Below, in pieces: positions 10,945-21,323 of a stretch of 64,000 bases of DNA. A program made the translations under genes and the position numbers. How positions within the stretch are numbered: the stretch's first letter is position 1; each line of letters begins with the position of its first letter. This stretch comes from a virus: the IMG/VR virus record IMGVR_UViG_3300045988_180522. The stretch is one strand, 5' to 3'. The notes below the pieces were generated by a model that saw only the letters and a program-made list of their open reading frames with translations, was not told the DNA's origin and ran no database searches.

Positions 10945-11886
10945 TTAATATTGTAAGTCAAGAATATTATTCTCATTCCAAGAGAGAGAAATATCCCCGC
11001 TTACAAGACATTTAAATGTATTTATCTTCCTGTTCCTGATATCATTTTCGCAGATCTGGTCTGAAACTTTACTTCCCAGATTCCAGTTAATAATAATAGG
11101 ACACTTAGCTGGAATTAAAAGATACCTGACAAATCCCAGCGTGTCCTTATTATCTATAATAGTATACGAATCTTTATATGCCTCTATCAGACTTGTGAAC
11201 AGAGATATATACTGCTTATCGGAGAGGATTAAATGGGTTCCCTTATTTTTGGTATTAACAGAGAAACTATCCTTTGGTATAATATTACTTATCCTGATCT
11301 CATCCACAAAACTTATTTTACGTATGTGGTCAGTCAGTGAATTTATAGTATCCAGATTCCCTCTCCATATATTCGTATTAACTCTTACTTTTATAGCCGG
11401 ATTATAATATTTAATGGTATTGTAAATTCTTCTTAAGTCCTTCAGTGTGATAAAGTCCTCATTATGAAAGGATATATTTATACCCTGTATCCCTATATCC
11501 TCTCTTACAAGCTCCTTTATGAATGCTTCGTTATCTTTTAGTCTTATCCCATTAGTAGTCAGTCTGACCATATTCAATCCGGTATCAAGTCTTAGTGTAG
11601 ATATGAACCCTAATATATTCGGATGCAGCAAAGGCTCTCCCCCAAGTAAAATAGCTTCTTTTATATTATACTTTTCAACCAGGTATCTGATATTACCTAA
11701 GGCTTTACCACAAGGCAAATCAAGGGATCTGTCTGTCTCTGAATTTATACAATAGGCACAATTACACTGACATTTATTTGTGACTACAATGCTTAGGTAA
11801 GCATTATCGGATACTAATCCTATATCAGTAGGATAGTACCTGTTTTGCTTAAATATTTCAAGTGAATCTATTTGGATTATACTCAT
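10945..11886 (-). CDS. radical SAM enzyme
   Basis: CxxxCxxC cluster (CQCNCAYC), SAM-binding GGEPLL motif, TNG motif. Confidence 0.8.
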   Translation of the reverse strand: MSIIQIDSLEIFKQNRYYPTDIGLVSDNAYLSIVVTNKCQCNCAYCINSETDRSLDLPCGKALGNIRYLVEKYNIKEAILLGGEPLLHPNILGFISTLRLDTGLNMVRLTTNGIRLKDNEAFIKELVREDIGIQGINISFHNEDFITLKDLRRIYNTIKYYNPAIKVRVNTNIWRGNLDTINSLTDHIRKISFVDEIRISNIIPKDSFSVNTKNKGTHLILSDKQYISLFTSLIEAYKDSYTIIDNKDTLGFVRYLLIPAKCPIIINWNLGSKVSDQICENDIRNRKINTFKCLVSGDISLSWNENNILDLQY

Positions 11887-11919
11887 TTTTTTTCTCCTTT
11901 TCTTTTACCTATATCCTGT

Positions 11920-12303
11920 TTATACCTTAGCCTCACCGACATCTAAATATTCATAATGTACCATCCAGTATCTGCCATCTTTCAGAGGGAACAGAAAATA
12001 GCCGAAATGGCAGTACTTAAATACTGTCTTTTTATCAACAAAACAATGAAAATTATCTTCGTCATTGTCGCCTTCCCTTTTTAAGAAAAGGTCGGGCCTC
12101 CCTCTTACTGCACAGTAAGTATCTCCGTGTAATGTATATTTTTCAACGTATACATATCCAGAGTGCTCCTTAGTATCTGCATACTCCAGATATCCGGATA
12201 TTTTGTCAAACGGGTAGTCAATATTACTTTTCACGTAAGAAACGGCTTCTGAGAATTCCTTTATCATAGCCTCCTTTTTTATATAGTCTTCAATATATCC
12301 CAT
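11920..12303 (-). CDS. hypothetical protein
   Basis: ORF track. Confidence 0.5.
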   Translation of the reverse strand: MGYIEDYIKKEAMIKEFSEAVSYVKSNIDYPFDKISGYLEYADTKEHSGYVYVEKYTLHGDTYCAVRGRPDLFLKREGDNDEDNFHCFVDKKTVFKYCHFGYFLFPLKDGRYWMVHYEYLDVGEAKV

Positions 12304-12330
12304 GTTATCAGTCCTCCTTCGTCATAATTT

Positions 12331-12759
12331 CTATTTTTTAAGTAAATTATTTTCAGCAAGATAACAAAGCATTTCATAGGCGGCTTCTAGTAACGTATCC
12401 CCATAAATTGGAGTGGAAAGTTTACTTCCGTCACTATCCTCAGTAGTCCCATAGTATACTCCCCACTCATCTATACATCTTTCTATTCTAAGAGAAAATA
12501 CTTCATTTGATCTAGAGGATACCCTGGGAGGGATAACATTCAATAAATCTTGGAGGGTAAAAGTTGGAATCACTTCATAAGACATAAATCCAATTACCTG
12601 AAACTCTTTCTGTAGACTAAGAAACCACTCTCCTGTAGAATCGTCGTCAATTTTACATCCATGACAATGACGTGTCCAATATAAAGTAGCTTCGCTAGTA
12701 TCAATATCTAAGTCTTTTAGATGTTTCATTTGATCTATTGATAAAACCTGATCTCTCAT
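12331..12759 (-). CDS. hypothetical protein
   Basis: ORF track. Confidence 0.5.
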   Translation of the reverse strand: MRDQVLSIDQMKHLKDLDIDTSEATLYWTRHCHGCKIDDDSTGEWFLSLQKEFQVIGFMSYEVIPTFTLQDLLNVIPPRVSSRSNEVFSLRIERCIDEWGVYYGTTEDSDGSKLSTPIYGDTLLEAAYEMLCYLAENNLLKK

Positions 12760-13226
12760 GCTAAAAATCTATTGGCTATATTTAATAAATCTCTAAAGCA
12801 TTCCATAAATTGCGTTGCCATACTTTTAGATGGGAACGTAAGAGTATGACAGTATACATAACGTGATATAAATGATACTGTTAATTCTCCATCTATCGTA
12901 CTTTGGATATAATAAATATTCGCGCATGTTTTCTCTGGATCCCATTCACCTATCCAAGCTTTTCGTAACCTTATCAGTTGAATAAGAGCTAATGTGGCTT
13001 CTGCTTCTACTTCTGATGCATGTAAATTTCTATCCCCATAAGGAGTTCTGCCTTTATTCTCTCTTAAATTTATTTTTGAATCATAACCTATAAAATACTC
13101 CTGTCTAATAGGTGTTCTATTACAAAATTCTTCCCAAGTTTTAGGTATTACCCGACAAATTTTATAGATATTTCCTTCTTTTATAAGTTCTGAATCATCA
13201 GGAATTTCAATAGTTATTACTTTCAT
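12756..13226 (-). CDS. hypothetical protein, paralog of 9284..9757
   Basis: see 9284..9757. Confidence 0.6.
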   Translation of the reverse strand: MKVITIEIPDDSELIKEGNIYKICRVIPKTWEEFCNRTPIRQEYFIGYDSKINLRENKGRTPYGDRNLHASEVEAEATLALIQLIRLRKAWIGEWDPEKTCANIYYIQSTIDGELTVSFISRYVYCHTLTFPSKSMATQFMECFRDLLNIANRFLA

Positions 13227-13233
13227 ATACTTT

Positions 13234-13497
13234 CTATTTTATAATTTCATACTCATCCGGGTGGAACATATAACATGTTCCTAATCCCATTACACTTATA
13301 CCCACCCGATATTCTCCATCATCTACGCAAGATTCATCCTGGAACACTAATAGTCCTCCTCTATGGAAATCAGGATGACATTCCACATTATCCTTTATTC
13401 TGACTTTTGTTCCCGCTGGATATTTATAAATATCAGGTCTGTCTTGTTTTCTCACTTTCTCTTTCATTTTTCCTAAATTTAATGTATTTATATACAC
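13234..13497 (-). CDS. small hypothetical protein (GTG start in track; internal ATG possible)
   Basis: ORF track; GC hairpin and CCNGGNCCNGG site immediately upstream. Confidence 0.45.
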   Translation of the reverse strand: MYINTLNLGKMKEKVRKQDRPDIYKYPAGTKVRIKDNVECHPDFHRGGLLVFQDESCVDDGEYRVGISVMGLGTCYMFHPDEYEIIK

Positions 13498-13713
13498 CTC
13501 CCCCGGGCCGGGAGGTGGATAATTTATAGGGAAATCTTTCTACTGAAATTACTGTATAACTTTTATAAATCCATACATAGTAAATAAAAATCCTACTGTA
13601 GAGAGTATTCCTCCCCAGATCTTGAAGAATGAAAAATCATCATAATCCTCATCTGATTTGTAAAAAGTTACCCCTATTATAAATAAAACTACTCCTATTA
13701 ATATTGCCATGAT

Positions 13714-13941
13714 TCATATTTGTATATAAGACTCTCCTATCGTCCATCCCTGATCCTTTAATTCCTCCAGAACAGGCCTTATGGACTCAAGGGCCTCTTC
13801 TGTTGTATAGTCTTCAGGGAGGACAGATGTTACCTCCCTGAAAGCTTCAATAACTACAGTTATTTTCTGTTTTTTTGTCATATTCTGATTCCACGGTGCT
13901 GCATGATCATAATCAGATCCTATAGGACAATTTTCACTCAT
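13714..13941 (-). CDS. small acidic hypothetical protein
   Basis: ORF track. Confidence 0.45.
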   Translation of the reverse strand: MSENCPIGSDYDHAAPWNQNMTKKQKITVVIEAFREVTSVLPEDYTTEEALESIRPVLEELKDQGWTIGESYIQI

Positions 13942-13973
13942 ATTGTTTTGTTTCTTTTAGTAACCATACTTTG

Positions 13974-14291
13974 TCACTCATATTCATTATTAATATCAGA
14001 ACACAATTGTCTTATTTTTCTTTCAATTTCCAGTAACCGACTATCTGACATTTGTCTTGCTCTTAGAAGAATAGTACCCATATTCTCTCTTAAAGCATCT
14101 CCGATACATCTTATAGCCATACCTGTACTATTTGCCAGCTGACCGTGATATGTAAAAGATATCTCATTAGGGTTTACCTTAAGAATATCCGATTTTTCAG
14201 CTTCCTGATACTCCTCTATCAGCTTCCTGAGATTTTCTATATCTCTTCCAAAGTTTCTTTCTTTCATAATTACACTTATTAATGAATCCAT
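13974..14291 (-). CDS. hypothetical protein
   Basis: ORF track; start overlaps end of polymerase exon 4. Confidence 0.5.
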   Translation of the reverse strand: MDSLISVIMKERNFGRDIENLRKLIEEYQEAEKSDILKVNPNEISFTYHGQLANSTGMAIRCIGDALRENMGTILLRARQMSDSRLLEIERKIRQLCSDINNEYE

Positions 14292-14422
14292 CTGTCTCCA
14301 ATATTGACATCCACATCTATATGCAGTACAGATGTAAACAGATCACCTGCTTCTCTCATACACTTGGTCAGCAGGTCTGAAGCTTCCTGTACTATATCCT
14401 TTGAAGCTCCTATGTTTACCTC
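14279..14422 (-). CDS. polA: family A DNA polymerase, exon 4 (C-terminus EVNIGASKD...MREAGDLF..LHIDVDVNIGDRWIH*)
   Basis: aligns to Pol I C-terminus (E-V after HDE, ...VPLxVEVGxGxNWxxAH*); ORF below track cutoff; boundary inferred. Confidence 0.45.
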   Translation of the reverse strand, partial: EVNIGASKDIVQEASDLLTKCMREAGDLFTSVLHIDVDVNIGDRWIH

Positions 14423-15360
14423 CATTTTGTGTTACGAATATATCGATTCCATATATTCTCTTATCCTTTCAGATAAGGCCGGACTATCTCTTATAAAGAA
14501 ATTTCTCTCCATATACATCCGAGTTTTACTCCGGACATACTATTAATTTCTTTACCTGTGCGTTTCAATTCCTCTTGGAACTTACACCATTTCTGGTTAG
14601 TCTCTGAGCTCCACCTCTTATAGGAATAACAATTTAATGGGTATCTTGACAGTATATCAGACAAAATCTTAGCTCCTTTATATTTTTTGATCCTTAGATA
14701 ATAGAAAATTCTTCCATCCTTTTTTCTTTCAACCTCGATCTCAGGGAATACTCCTATCCTGTTAAAAAATGGGATAAAAACCTGTTCCTGATCCTCCCTG
14801 CTAAATCTATGAGTACTGATATTATAGTACATCTCATTTTTATGAAGGGATCCATTATCATATATCCATAGAGCTATTCCTAAGTCATCTATTTTATCCA
14901 TAGCATCTTTAAGACTAAGAGACCTTATAGAAGGCAGTATACGGCAGGACCTGGACCTCATACAATATATACTGGTCCTTGAATATCCGTTTTCTTCTAC
15001 AAAAGTCTTACTCTTAAACAAATCTCCCAGTAATTGTGATTTGAAGTCTATATACTCCTCATACTTACAATTAGTACAGTAATAGGTGCTATTACTATTT
15101 GATGTATATATACCTCCATCACCGATCTTTGCTGTCAAAAACACCTGTAATTGTTCTCTACTTAGAGAGTAAAGTTGCTGATTTTCCATTATTGTAGATT
15201 TATAGTATCGTACAAATATAGATAATATTATCAAGCATTCAACAGACATTTCTGTCTGTTTGTAGCTATTATCTCTTTAGGAGTTCCCAGCAGTTAACAC
15301 AGTTTTACTACGACAAGGTTTTTTAGGTCCATCGTAGGGTGTTATATAAAACTCCACTTT
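14423..15360 (-). mobile_element. putative group I intron 3 carrying LAGLIDADG endonuclease ORF
   Basis: interrupts polymerase motif C; inferred junctions keep U at exon end and G at intron end. Confidence 0.4.
14491..15249 (-). CDS. LAGLIDADG-type homing endonuclease (intron-encoded)
   Basis: motifs FLTAKIGDGGIY and LGIALWIYDNGS. Confidence 0.55.
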   Translation of the reverse strand: MSVECLIILSIFVRYYKSTIMENQQLYSLSREQLQVFLTAKIGDGGIYTSNSNSTYYCTNCKYEEYIDFKSQLLGDLFKSKTFVEENGYSRTSIYCMRSRSCRILPSIRSLSLKDAMDKIDDLGIALWIYDNGSLHKNEMYYNISTHRFSREDQEQVFIPFFNRIGVFPEIEVERKKDGRIFYYLRIKKYKGAKILSDILSRYPLNCYSYKRWSSETNQKWCKFQEELKRTGKEINSMSGVKLGCIWREISL

Positions 15361-15444
15361 ATCATACAGCCATCCTCTGCTCCTGCATTCTCTGAACATA
15401 TTGATCAATGCGAATCTAAGTATCTGAGCTCCGGTGCCTTGTAT
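15361..15444 (-). CDS. polA: family A DNA polymerase, exon 3 (IQGTGAQILRFALINMFRECRSRGWLYD)
   Basis: matches Pol I QGTAADIIKRAMI region; no start codon, so must be spliced. Confidence 0.4.
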
Positions 15445-16466
15445 CGTATTTATTAATAATTATTTAATATGTAATTTGCAAATGATTTTAAATCTTCTAC
15501 GGATGCGTTCTGTTTCATAGAATTAGCTAGCTTGGAAATAACCTGAACATTGCCTTTTACATATCCTTTATCAGGATCTATTCTATCTAAAGATATAGAA
15601 TAGTCAGATCCTCCTAGCACACCAACAATAAAAGGTTTCCCAAGTATAGGGCATCTGTCAGGAATATAAATATCCTCAGGAGTAAGATTAAATTCAATAT
15701 TATACATAGAGGCCCTCTTTCTGGCATTATTTAATAATGACATAATCTTACCACGTTCAGACTGCTGATATTTTACATCAATCCTCTTTAGATGTTCTGC
15801 ATAGTCAGGATTATGAGTTTTTCTTATTTTCTTATTTATGTTAGATCTTAAGATAGTAATCTCTCTATTCGGACATCTTTGTACTCTCTTCACAGCACAA
15901 GGTTTACAGACAGAATTTATTCTTCTTCTCTTTTTACTATAAGACCACCCAAATTCAGATAATGGAAGAAATCTATGACATTCATTACACCATTTTAAAG
16001 ATGGATCTGACGATCTTACATAATGGCCTCTAGGATTATAGGAAATTCCATTTTCCTCTGCTAGCCTCTTTAATCTCTCTACTTTCTGATTGTATACTCT
16101 TTCTTTTACGCATTCCTTACATACTACCTTATTAGTAGAGTAGAATTCAGAACTATCCTTTTCTTTTCCACAAATTTTGCAAATCATATCTATTATATTT
16201 TCTTTTCACAAACATAATAAGATATATACACAAAAGCAAATTATTAATTATCATTTTCATGATAGATCGGACTATATCATCTCCCTTCTCTTTTTAGAGG
16301 ATGGGGAGTGGGATGCTGTGGGCTCATCGTAATGTCCCTAGTCTCTGAACCTTCCTCAGTCTTCCCTGAGGCTCGGCTGCTGATTATCATACAGTTTTCT
16401 GCTTAGATTCCCAGCAATTCTTCCCATTATTCAAGCAATATTCCTATTGCAGGCTGCATACATTCT
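15445..16466 (-). mobile_element. putative group I intron 2 carrying HNH endonuclease ORF
   Basis: lies between Pol I AIN and MQGTAAD positions; junctions KFSVNYC|IQGT follow group I rules. Confidence 0.4.
15453..16187 (-). CDS. HNH homing endonuclease with N-terminal Cys-rich zinc-binding repeats
   Basis: C-terminal SLDRIDPDKGYVKGNVQVIS...AN HNH motif; CxxC pairs in N-terminal half. Confidence 0.7.
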   Translation of the reverse strand: MICKICGKEKDSSEFYSTNKVVCKECVKERVYNQKVERLKRLAEENGISYNPRGHYVRSSDPSLKWCNECHRFLPLSEFGWSYSKKRRRINSVCKPCAVKRVQRCPNREITILRSNINKKIRKTHNPDYAEHLKRIDVKYQQSERGKIMSLLNNARKRASMYNIEFNLTPEDIYIPDRCPILGKPFIVGVLGGSDYSISLDRIDPDKGYVKGNVQVISKLANSMKQNASVEDLKSFANYILNNY

Positions 16467-16961
16467 ACAGTAGTTCACCGAAAATTTCTCAGCTTCCGAC
16501 TTTCTTTTAAAGTAGTGTCTTACCTTTTTCACCATATCTCTCTCCTCCTGGTCCCTGGGGGACTTCTTTCCGGATCTGTCCTTTGGTATCTCTCTGTACT
16601 TGTTCCAGAATTCCTCTGTAAAGCTTTCTTTCAGCTCACACAGATCATCGAAATCATAGATATGGGCTCTGTGTCCGGTCTTAGGATTTATAATTACATA
16701 TCCCAGTCTCATAACTTCCTCTTTCCTCATATTCTGCCACGCTATAAGCCCTTTGAAACCAGATCTGTACCTGTTATCCAGTTCCTTTGCTCTTTCTTCA
16801 GAGAGACCGAAGTTCTGCATAAGGGTAGTCCATCCTCCCAGATAATTCCACAGGAACTCATACTTCTTTGCTGTATCTCTAAGATCACTGTGATATTTCT
16901 TAATATCTGCCGTGGACAGGCCTTCCAGTTCTTTGAATACCATCCGGCCAGTCAGTGAGTG
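16467..16961 (-). CDS. polA: family A DNA polymerase, exon 2 (fingers, motif B)
   Basis: HSLTGRMVF...RDTAKKYEFLWNYLGG aligns to DIHRATAAEVF...RRSAKAINFGLIYG; GYVIINPKTGHRAHIYDF ~ GYVETLFGRRRYLPDI. Confidence 0.65.
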
Positions 16962-18058
16962 CATCATATTTTGTTATCCCAAAGGCTTTTTATCCTCTGG
17001 TTCTATAAGTACTGGTAACCTCCTTATAGTTCGGCATATATTTTCACCCTCTTTAAGAGGGGCTGAGAACTCGTGGGCTGTTATATTTATTCAAGCCTAT
17101 GCTCTACAATACTTATAACCCTATTCGCAATGTTATAAGTTATCTCGGTGTTGAATAAGTTACGCTTTCTTGAAAGAAAAATAGTAGCATCTTTATACAA
17201 GAAATCATATATACATTTCTTTACCTTATCAGAAGCATTTATAATTACTTTCCAATAATCGGTAGTTTTTCCTTGAATATGATATATTCTATATGAGAAA
17301 TTTTTAAACCAACCCATTATCTGCTTCATAAAATGTTCTGAATTAAACACAAATTCAACAATACTACATCCCACATGGCCGTCTCCATCAAAGAAGCCTC
17401 TTATAAAATGTCTCCACAATTCCTCAGGTATAGAATCTTCAGGAATATAAAAACTTTTGTCTAAAGTTTTTAGTGGTCTGATATTATACTTAGCTCCTAA
17501 TGTATCGAACATATGTTCAGAAGTCCATTGTAATGTGTAACAAGGTTTTTTCTTTCTGTTATGAGTGTAATTTTTAACTAGTAATGAAGAATCAGGACAT
17601 ATATTACTATGTAATGCTTCTATAGCTTCCTTGTCATCTATAGTATTATTAAATGCTATCCTTTTCGTATAGTGTAAATTCCTCTTTTCTAATCTACAAC
17701 ACCCATCTGCTACTAAAAATCCAAGTAAGTAGGCTTTCAGTTCGGAATCTATATTATCAAAGAAATAGTCGTTAATTCTAAGTCCTCTTCTATCAAACTT
17801 AATATTATAGTACTTAAAACAATCACTTACTCTTTGGGAAGAAATACCAAACCGACTTCCTATTTCTCTCTGATTTTTACCTTCTCTCATCATTTGACAG
17901 GCTATTTCTATGTCAAATCTCTCTAAGCACTCTTTTTTAGTCATTTTATTTATCTATGGCAGTTATTAACTATGCAATAGTATAAATAAAAATCACCATT
18001 ACCATATTTTTCACCGATTTTTCTCAGTTTTTTACTATATATTACTATATAGGGAGAC
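16962..18058 (-). mobile_element. putative group I intron 1 carrying LAGLIDADG endonuclease ORF
   Basis: splits polymerase between DRLH and HSLTG; exon 1 ORF ends in stop 24 nt past junction. Confidence 0.45.
17087..17944 (-). CDS. LAGLIDADG homing endonuclease (double-motif)
   Basis: two canonical motifs YLLGFLVADGCC and FIRGFFDGDGHVG. Confidence 0.85.
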   Translation of the reverse strand: MTKKECLERFDIEIACQMMREGKNQREIGSRFGISSQRVSDCFKYYNIKFDRRGLRINDYFFDNIDSELKAYLLGFLVADGCCRLEKRNLHYTKRIAFNNTIDDKEAIEALHSNICPDSSLLVKNYTHNRKKKPCYTLQWTSEHMFDTLGAKYNIRPLKTLDKSFYIPEDSIPEELWRHFIRGFFDGDGHVGCSIVEFVFNSEHFMKQIMGWFKNFSYRIYHIQGKTTDYWKVIINASDKVKKCIYDFLYKDATIFLSRKRNLFNTEITYNIANRVISIVEHRLE

Positions 18059-19558
18059 ATGCAATCTATCTCCACTTCCTTCCAGGAACTCACTGATCAT
18101 AGCCTCATCCCTTGAAGCATCAGCCATAAGAACAGACTCTTCCCCTTTAACATCCTGTGATATCCACAGCCATCCCTCCCTTGGAATGAAGCATGATCTG
18201 GTTCTTTCATTCTTAGGAAGATTCAAAAGGTTCGGGTCTGTGGAACTGAATCTGGTGGTATCTGTTCCAAGCTGATGATAATTAGTATAGACCCTCCCGG
18301 TCCGGGGGTGGATATTTTCAAGGAATTTAGGCCCGTAAGTACTGACTACTTTCTCCAGTTTCTTGTATTTACAGTAGAGATCTACAATTTTATGGATATA
18401 CCTCTGCGGCTTTATTTTCTTGGCATCACAGGTCTTTTTAAATCCTGTGGGACTATCCTTGTCTTCTACCATAACATCACATCCCAGCTCCTCCAGCAGA
18501 GGGATTACCTGTCCTGAACTGGACCAGTTGATATCACATACATATCTTTCGGATTCATGAAACATATCGTACTGAGGATCCTCATAGATGTACGGATATT
18601 GCGACATTCTCTCATAGGCTATTTTCCTGTATTCCAGATTCCCGTCCTTAACTACCTTGTCCAGATCCGGCCTCCTCTTAAGTCTTTTCCTTTTTACAGG
18701 AACAGTCTTTCCTTTTACTTTCTTTGTCTTGTTGGAATCCTGGACATTGTTTGTAACCCATTCTTTCTGTTCCTCTTTGGACATGGAATAAGGATCGAAA
18801 TAAAGGATTTTCCCCGGAGACGGATGTTCCAGTGAATATTCTATTACAGCCTTATTAAGAGCTTCTACAGACTCCTTAAGATCCCTCATATCATCTTCCG
18901 CCTTCTCCATCCATTTTTCCCGGCTTACAATCACTCCGCACCATTCCATATAAGACAGAGGGGCAATAGTCATTCCTTCTATAGCAGCAGCAGTATACAA
19001 ATCCTGTCTTCTAAGCTCCTCTTCCTGCTTATCAGCTATCATAAGAAGATATTTCACATCATCACATGCATACACTATTACCTCAGGAGTAAGGCCTCTG
19101 GAAGCTATCTCCGTACGTACGGACTTATCCATACTGACTCCTGCATATCTGTGGGCCAGTCCCTGTAAACTTGCTGAAGGATAAGAAGGGTACCCTAGAT
19201 ATATCAGCTGTTCATTCAGGAACAGGTCATACATATTCATAATACATATTCTGTGATTATGCAGGTATTTGGCATCAAACTTACCATTAACTACTATAAA
19301 CTGTATGTCCTCAGATTCCAGCAACTCCTTATATAGTTGTATATCAATAGTATAAGTGTCAACAAGGATTTGTATATCAAAGTTTCCAAACTGTATACAC
19401 CTGATATTCCCTGAATGACAGTCCAGTGAAGTAGTCTCAGTATCGAATCCTATTCTTTTCATACTGCGGAGGATATCCAGGGATTTCTCCACAGACATCC
19501 TCCCGTATTTATCAGAGGTTCCGAACAGGTCAGTATTATTACTTACTACATACCTCAT
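18059..19558 (-). CDS. polA: family A DNA polymerase, exon 1 (3-5 exonuclease domain and palm motif A)
   Basis: Exo I GFDTETTSLD, Exo III YACDDVKYL, RFSSTDPNLLNLP, motif A DVKGEESVLMA...GDRLH. Confidence 0.8.
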
Positions 19559-20156
19559 TTTTTTTTATTTTATGCCATACTATATACTTATCAAAATCTA
19601 TCTTCCACTTGTGCTTGTCGAAGAATTCACTTCCGAGGATTCCTGTAACATTAAGGCCCTCCCTGTTGCTGAACTCTCTCAGTCCTTTCAGGTCTGAGAC
19701 CAGAAAGTCCTCATTGAATTCCATATTCCTGATATTAAATCTGACCTGCATACCATAGGAATCCATAATAGCTCCGTTCCCCACCTGTATCTTATCTCCT
19801 TCGGCTATTGTCTTCCCTTTCAGCTTATCCTTTATAGTATACAGGAATTGAATATCAAGGCAGTTCTGGTGAGCTCCGGAATCCAGAAGGAACCTGCATT
19901 TCTTACCATACAGGTGAACAATGATCATCGGAGTCTTTGTCCTTTCGAAATAATCCTCAAAAGAGAAAAACTCCCATTCTTTTGTATTCTCATTGTTCCT
20001 GTTCAGATCCCTTGAGATTCTCAGGGTAATAAGATATACCGGCCACAATGCCAGTAATAAAAATGCCAGACATACCATCCCCATATTACCTCCTTCCGGT
20101 GGAGCCGAATCCTCCTCTGGACTCATTTCCCAGATGTTGTACTTCCACAAACTCAA
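19539..20156 (-). CDS. membrane-anchored retropepsin-like aspartic protease
   Basis: N-terminal TM helix; [13 protein letters not shown] (D-S/T-G-A) and ILGSEFF motifs. Confidence 0.55.
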   Translation of the reverse strand: MSLWKYNIWEMSPEEDSAPPEGGNMGMVCLAFLLLALWPVYLITLRISRDLNRNNENTKEWEFFSFEDYFERTKTPMIIVHLYGKKCRFLLDSGAHQNCLDIQFLYTIKDKLKGKTIAEGDKIQVGNGAIMDSYGMQVRFNIRNMEFNEDFLVSDLKGLREFSNREGLNVTGILGSEFFDKHKWKIDFDKYIVWHKIKKNEVCSK

Positions 20157-20294
20157 TTTTCTTTGTGAACAACCACTTTATCTTCTGCCATGGTGTTGCA
20201 AACTGGTTAGGCTGTATCCTGAACTGTGCTATCCAGTCCCCTTTTTTATCTATATACATCTCTGTTCTGGCAGAATGCAGTTTGTATCTTATTT

Positions 20295-21323
20295 TCATAT
20301 TACATTAATGTTAGTAATTTCTCTTCTGTAATTATTTACATATGTGTCATAGGAATAGTTGAATATTCCTGTACTGATATGCCATCGGCATTCCCTATAC
20401 AGCCGTACCCATCCCTTGTATACTGTGCCTTTATCGTCCACAAATCCGTTTGTATTCAGTGACATCCTGAAATCCCACTGTATAGGGCCGGGAGAGCTGG
20501 TATTAATAGTGATGAAGGAGAATACAGGGTCTACAGTATATTCCCTGAAATCAGGATCCTTCTCTATAATACTCTTCAACCCTTGTACATACATGCAGGC
20601 CTGGATGTAATACCCGTACCTGGTTACAGAGTCAGGGAAATATTCTTCCCATTTTCCTGTAGTTTTCAGGTCATAGATCTTTATGGTTTTCCTGATATGG
20701 TTGACGATGATAAGGTCAGGCATAAATTTATACTCACCGACATGTTTCACATTGGCTATAAACTTCAGCTGGGTAAACATTTCTGTTTCTCCGTTGTTAC
20801 TGCAACGGGGATATACAGGGCTGTCAAGGAGTATCTCGGAAGCTCTCAGCAATGACTCATACTGATCTACTGACAGTATCTTCTTTCCCTCAGTCAGCAG
20901 GCTGTAATACTTCCCCGCAGACTTTACTATCTTATCCACCCTAGTGTCATCCTTCCAGTTAGTTTGATAGTCATGCATATTTGCAGCAGTGACAATAACC
21001 TGTTTCGGGATTGAATCCAGTGCTTTACCCGGAAAGGCATTGTGAATGGAATCTGCTATACTTTTAAGTTTGTCTCCCGGCATATCACAGTCGGCCAGGA
21101 AAGAAAAGTTCTTCCTGATGTATACAGGGCCTTCAAATACTATTCTGTCCATCAATGCCCCTCTCTCCAGATACCTGTCTGTATCCGTATCATGGTCAAG
21201 GTATTTCTTTATAGCCTGAGGTCCTTCCCTGTTGTAGGCACTGAGCATTGAATAGGATATCAGATCCATAGATCTGTATTCCTCATCTGTTATATTTTTT
21301 GACAGGTCTTTAAAGCTTTTCAT
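20295..21323 (-). CDS. PD-(D/E)xK nuclease (lambda Exo/YqaJ- or Cas4-like)
   Basis: MPDLIIV...KIYDLKTTG motif. Confidence 0.5.
   Translation of the reverse strand: MKSFKDLSKNITDEEYRSMDLISYSMLSAYNREGPQAIKKYLDHDTDTDRYLERGALMDRIVFEGPVYIRKNFSFLADCDMPGDKLKSIADSIHNAFPGKALDSIPKQVIVTAANMHDYQTNWKDDTRVDKIVKSAGKYYSLLTEGKKILSVDQYESLLRASEILLDSPVYPRCSNNGETEMFTQLKFIANVKHVGEYKFMPDLIIVNHIRKTIKIYDLKTTGKWEEYFPDSVTRYGYYIQACMYVQGLKSIIEKDPDFREYTVDPVFSFITINTSSPGPIQWDFRMSLNTNGFVDDKGTVYKGWVRLYRECRWHISTGIFNYSYDTYVNNYRREITNINVI

Noticed and set aside
14420-14434. Reading HKMEV directly upstream of the polymerase C-terminal exon as motif C
   Set aside because: It lacks the catalytic Asp and is preceded by an in-frame TAA. 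A splice junction at G|GAG restores D|E alignment and satisfies group I rules.
14279-19558. Polymerase expressed as separate split polypeptides rather than spliced
   Set aside because: Exon 3 and exon 4 segments have no start codons and are tiny (28 and 47 aa). Introns with free-standing endonuclease ORFs explain the layout better. This remains unproven without transcript data.
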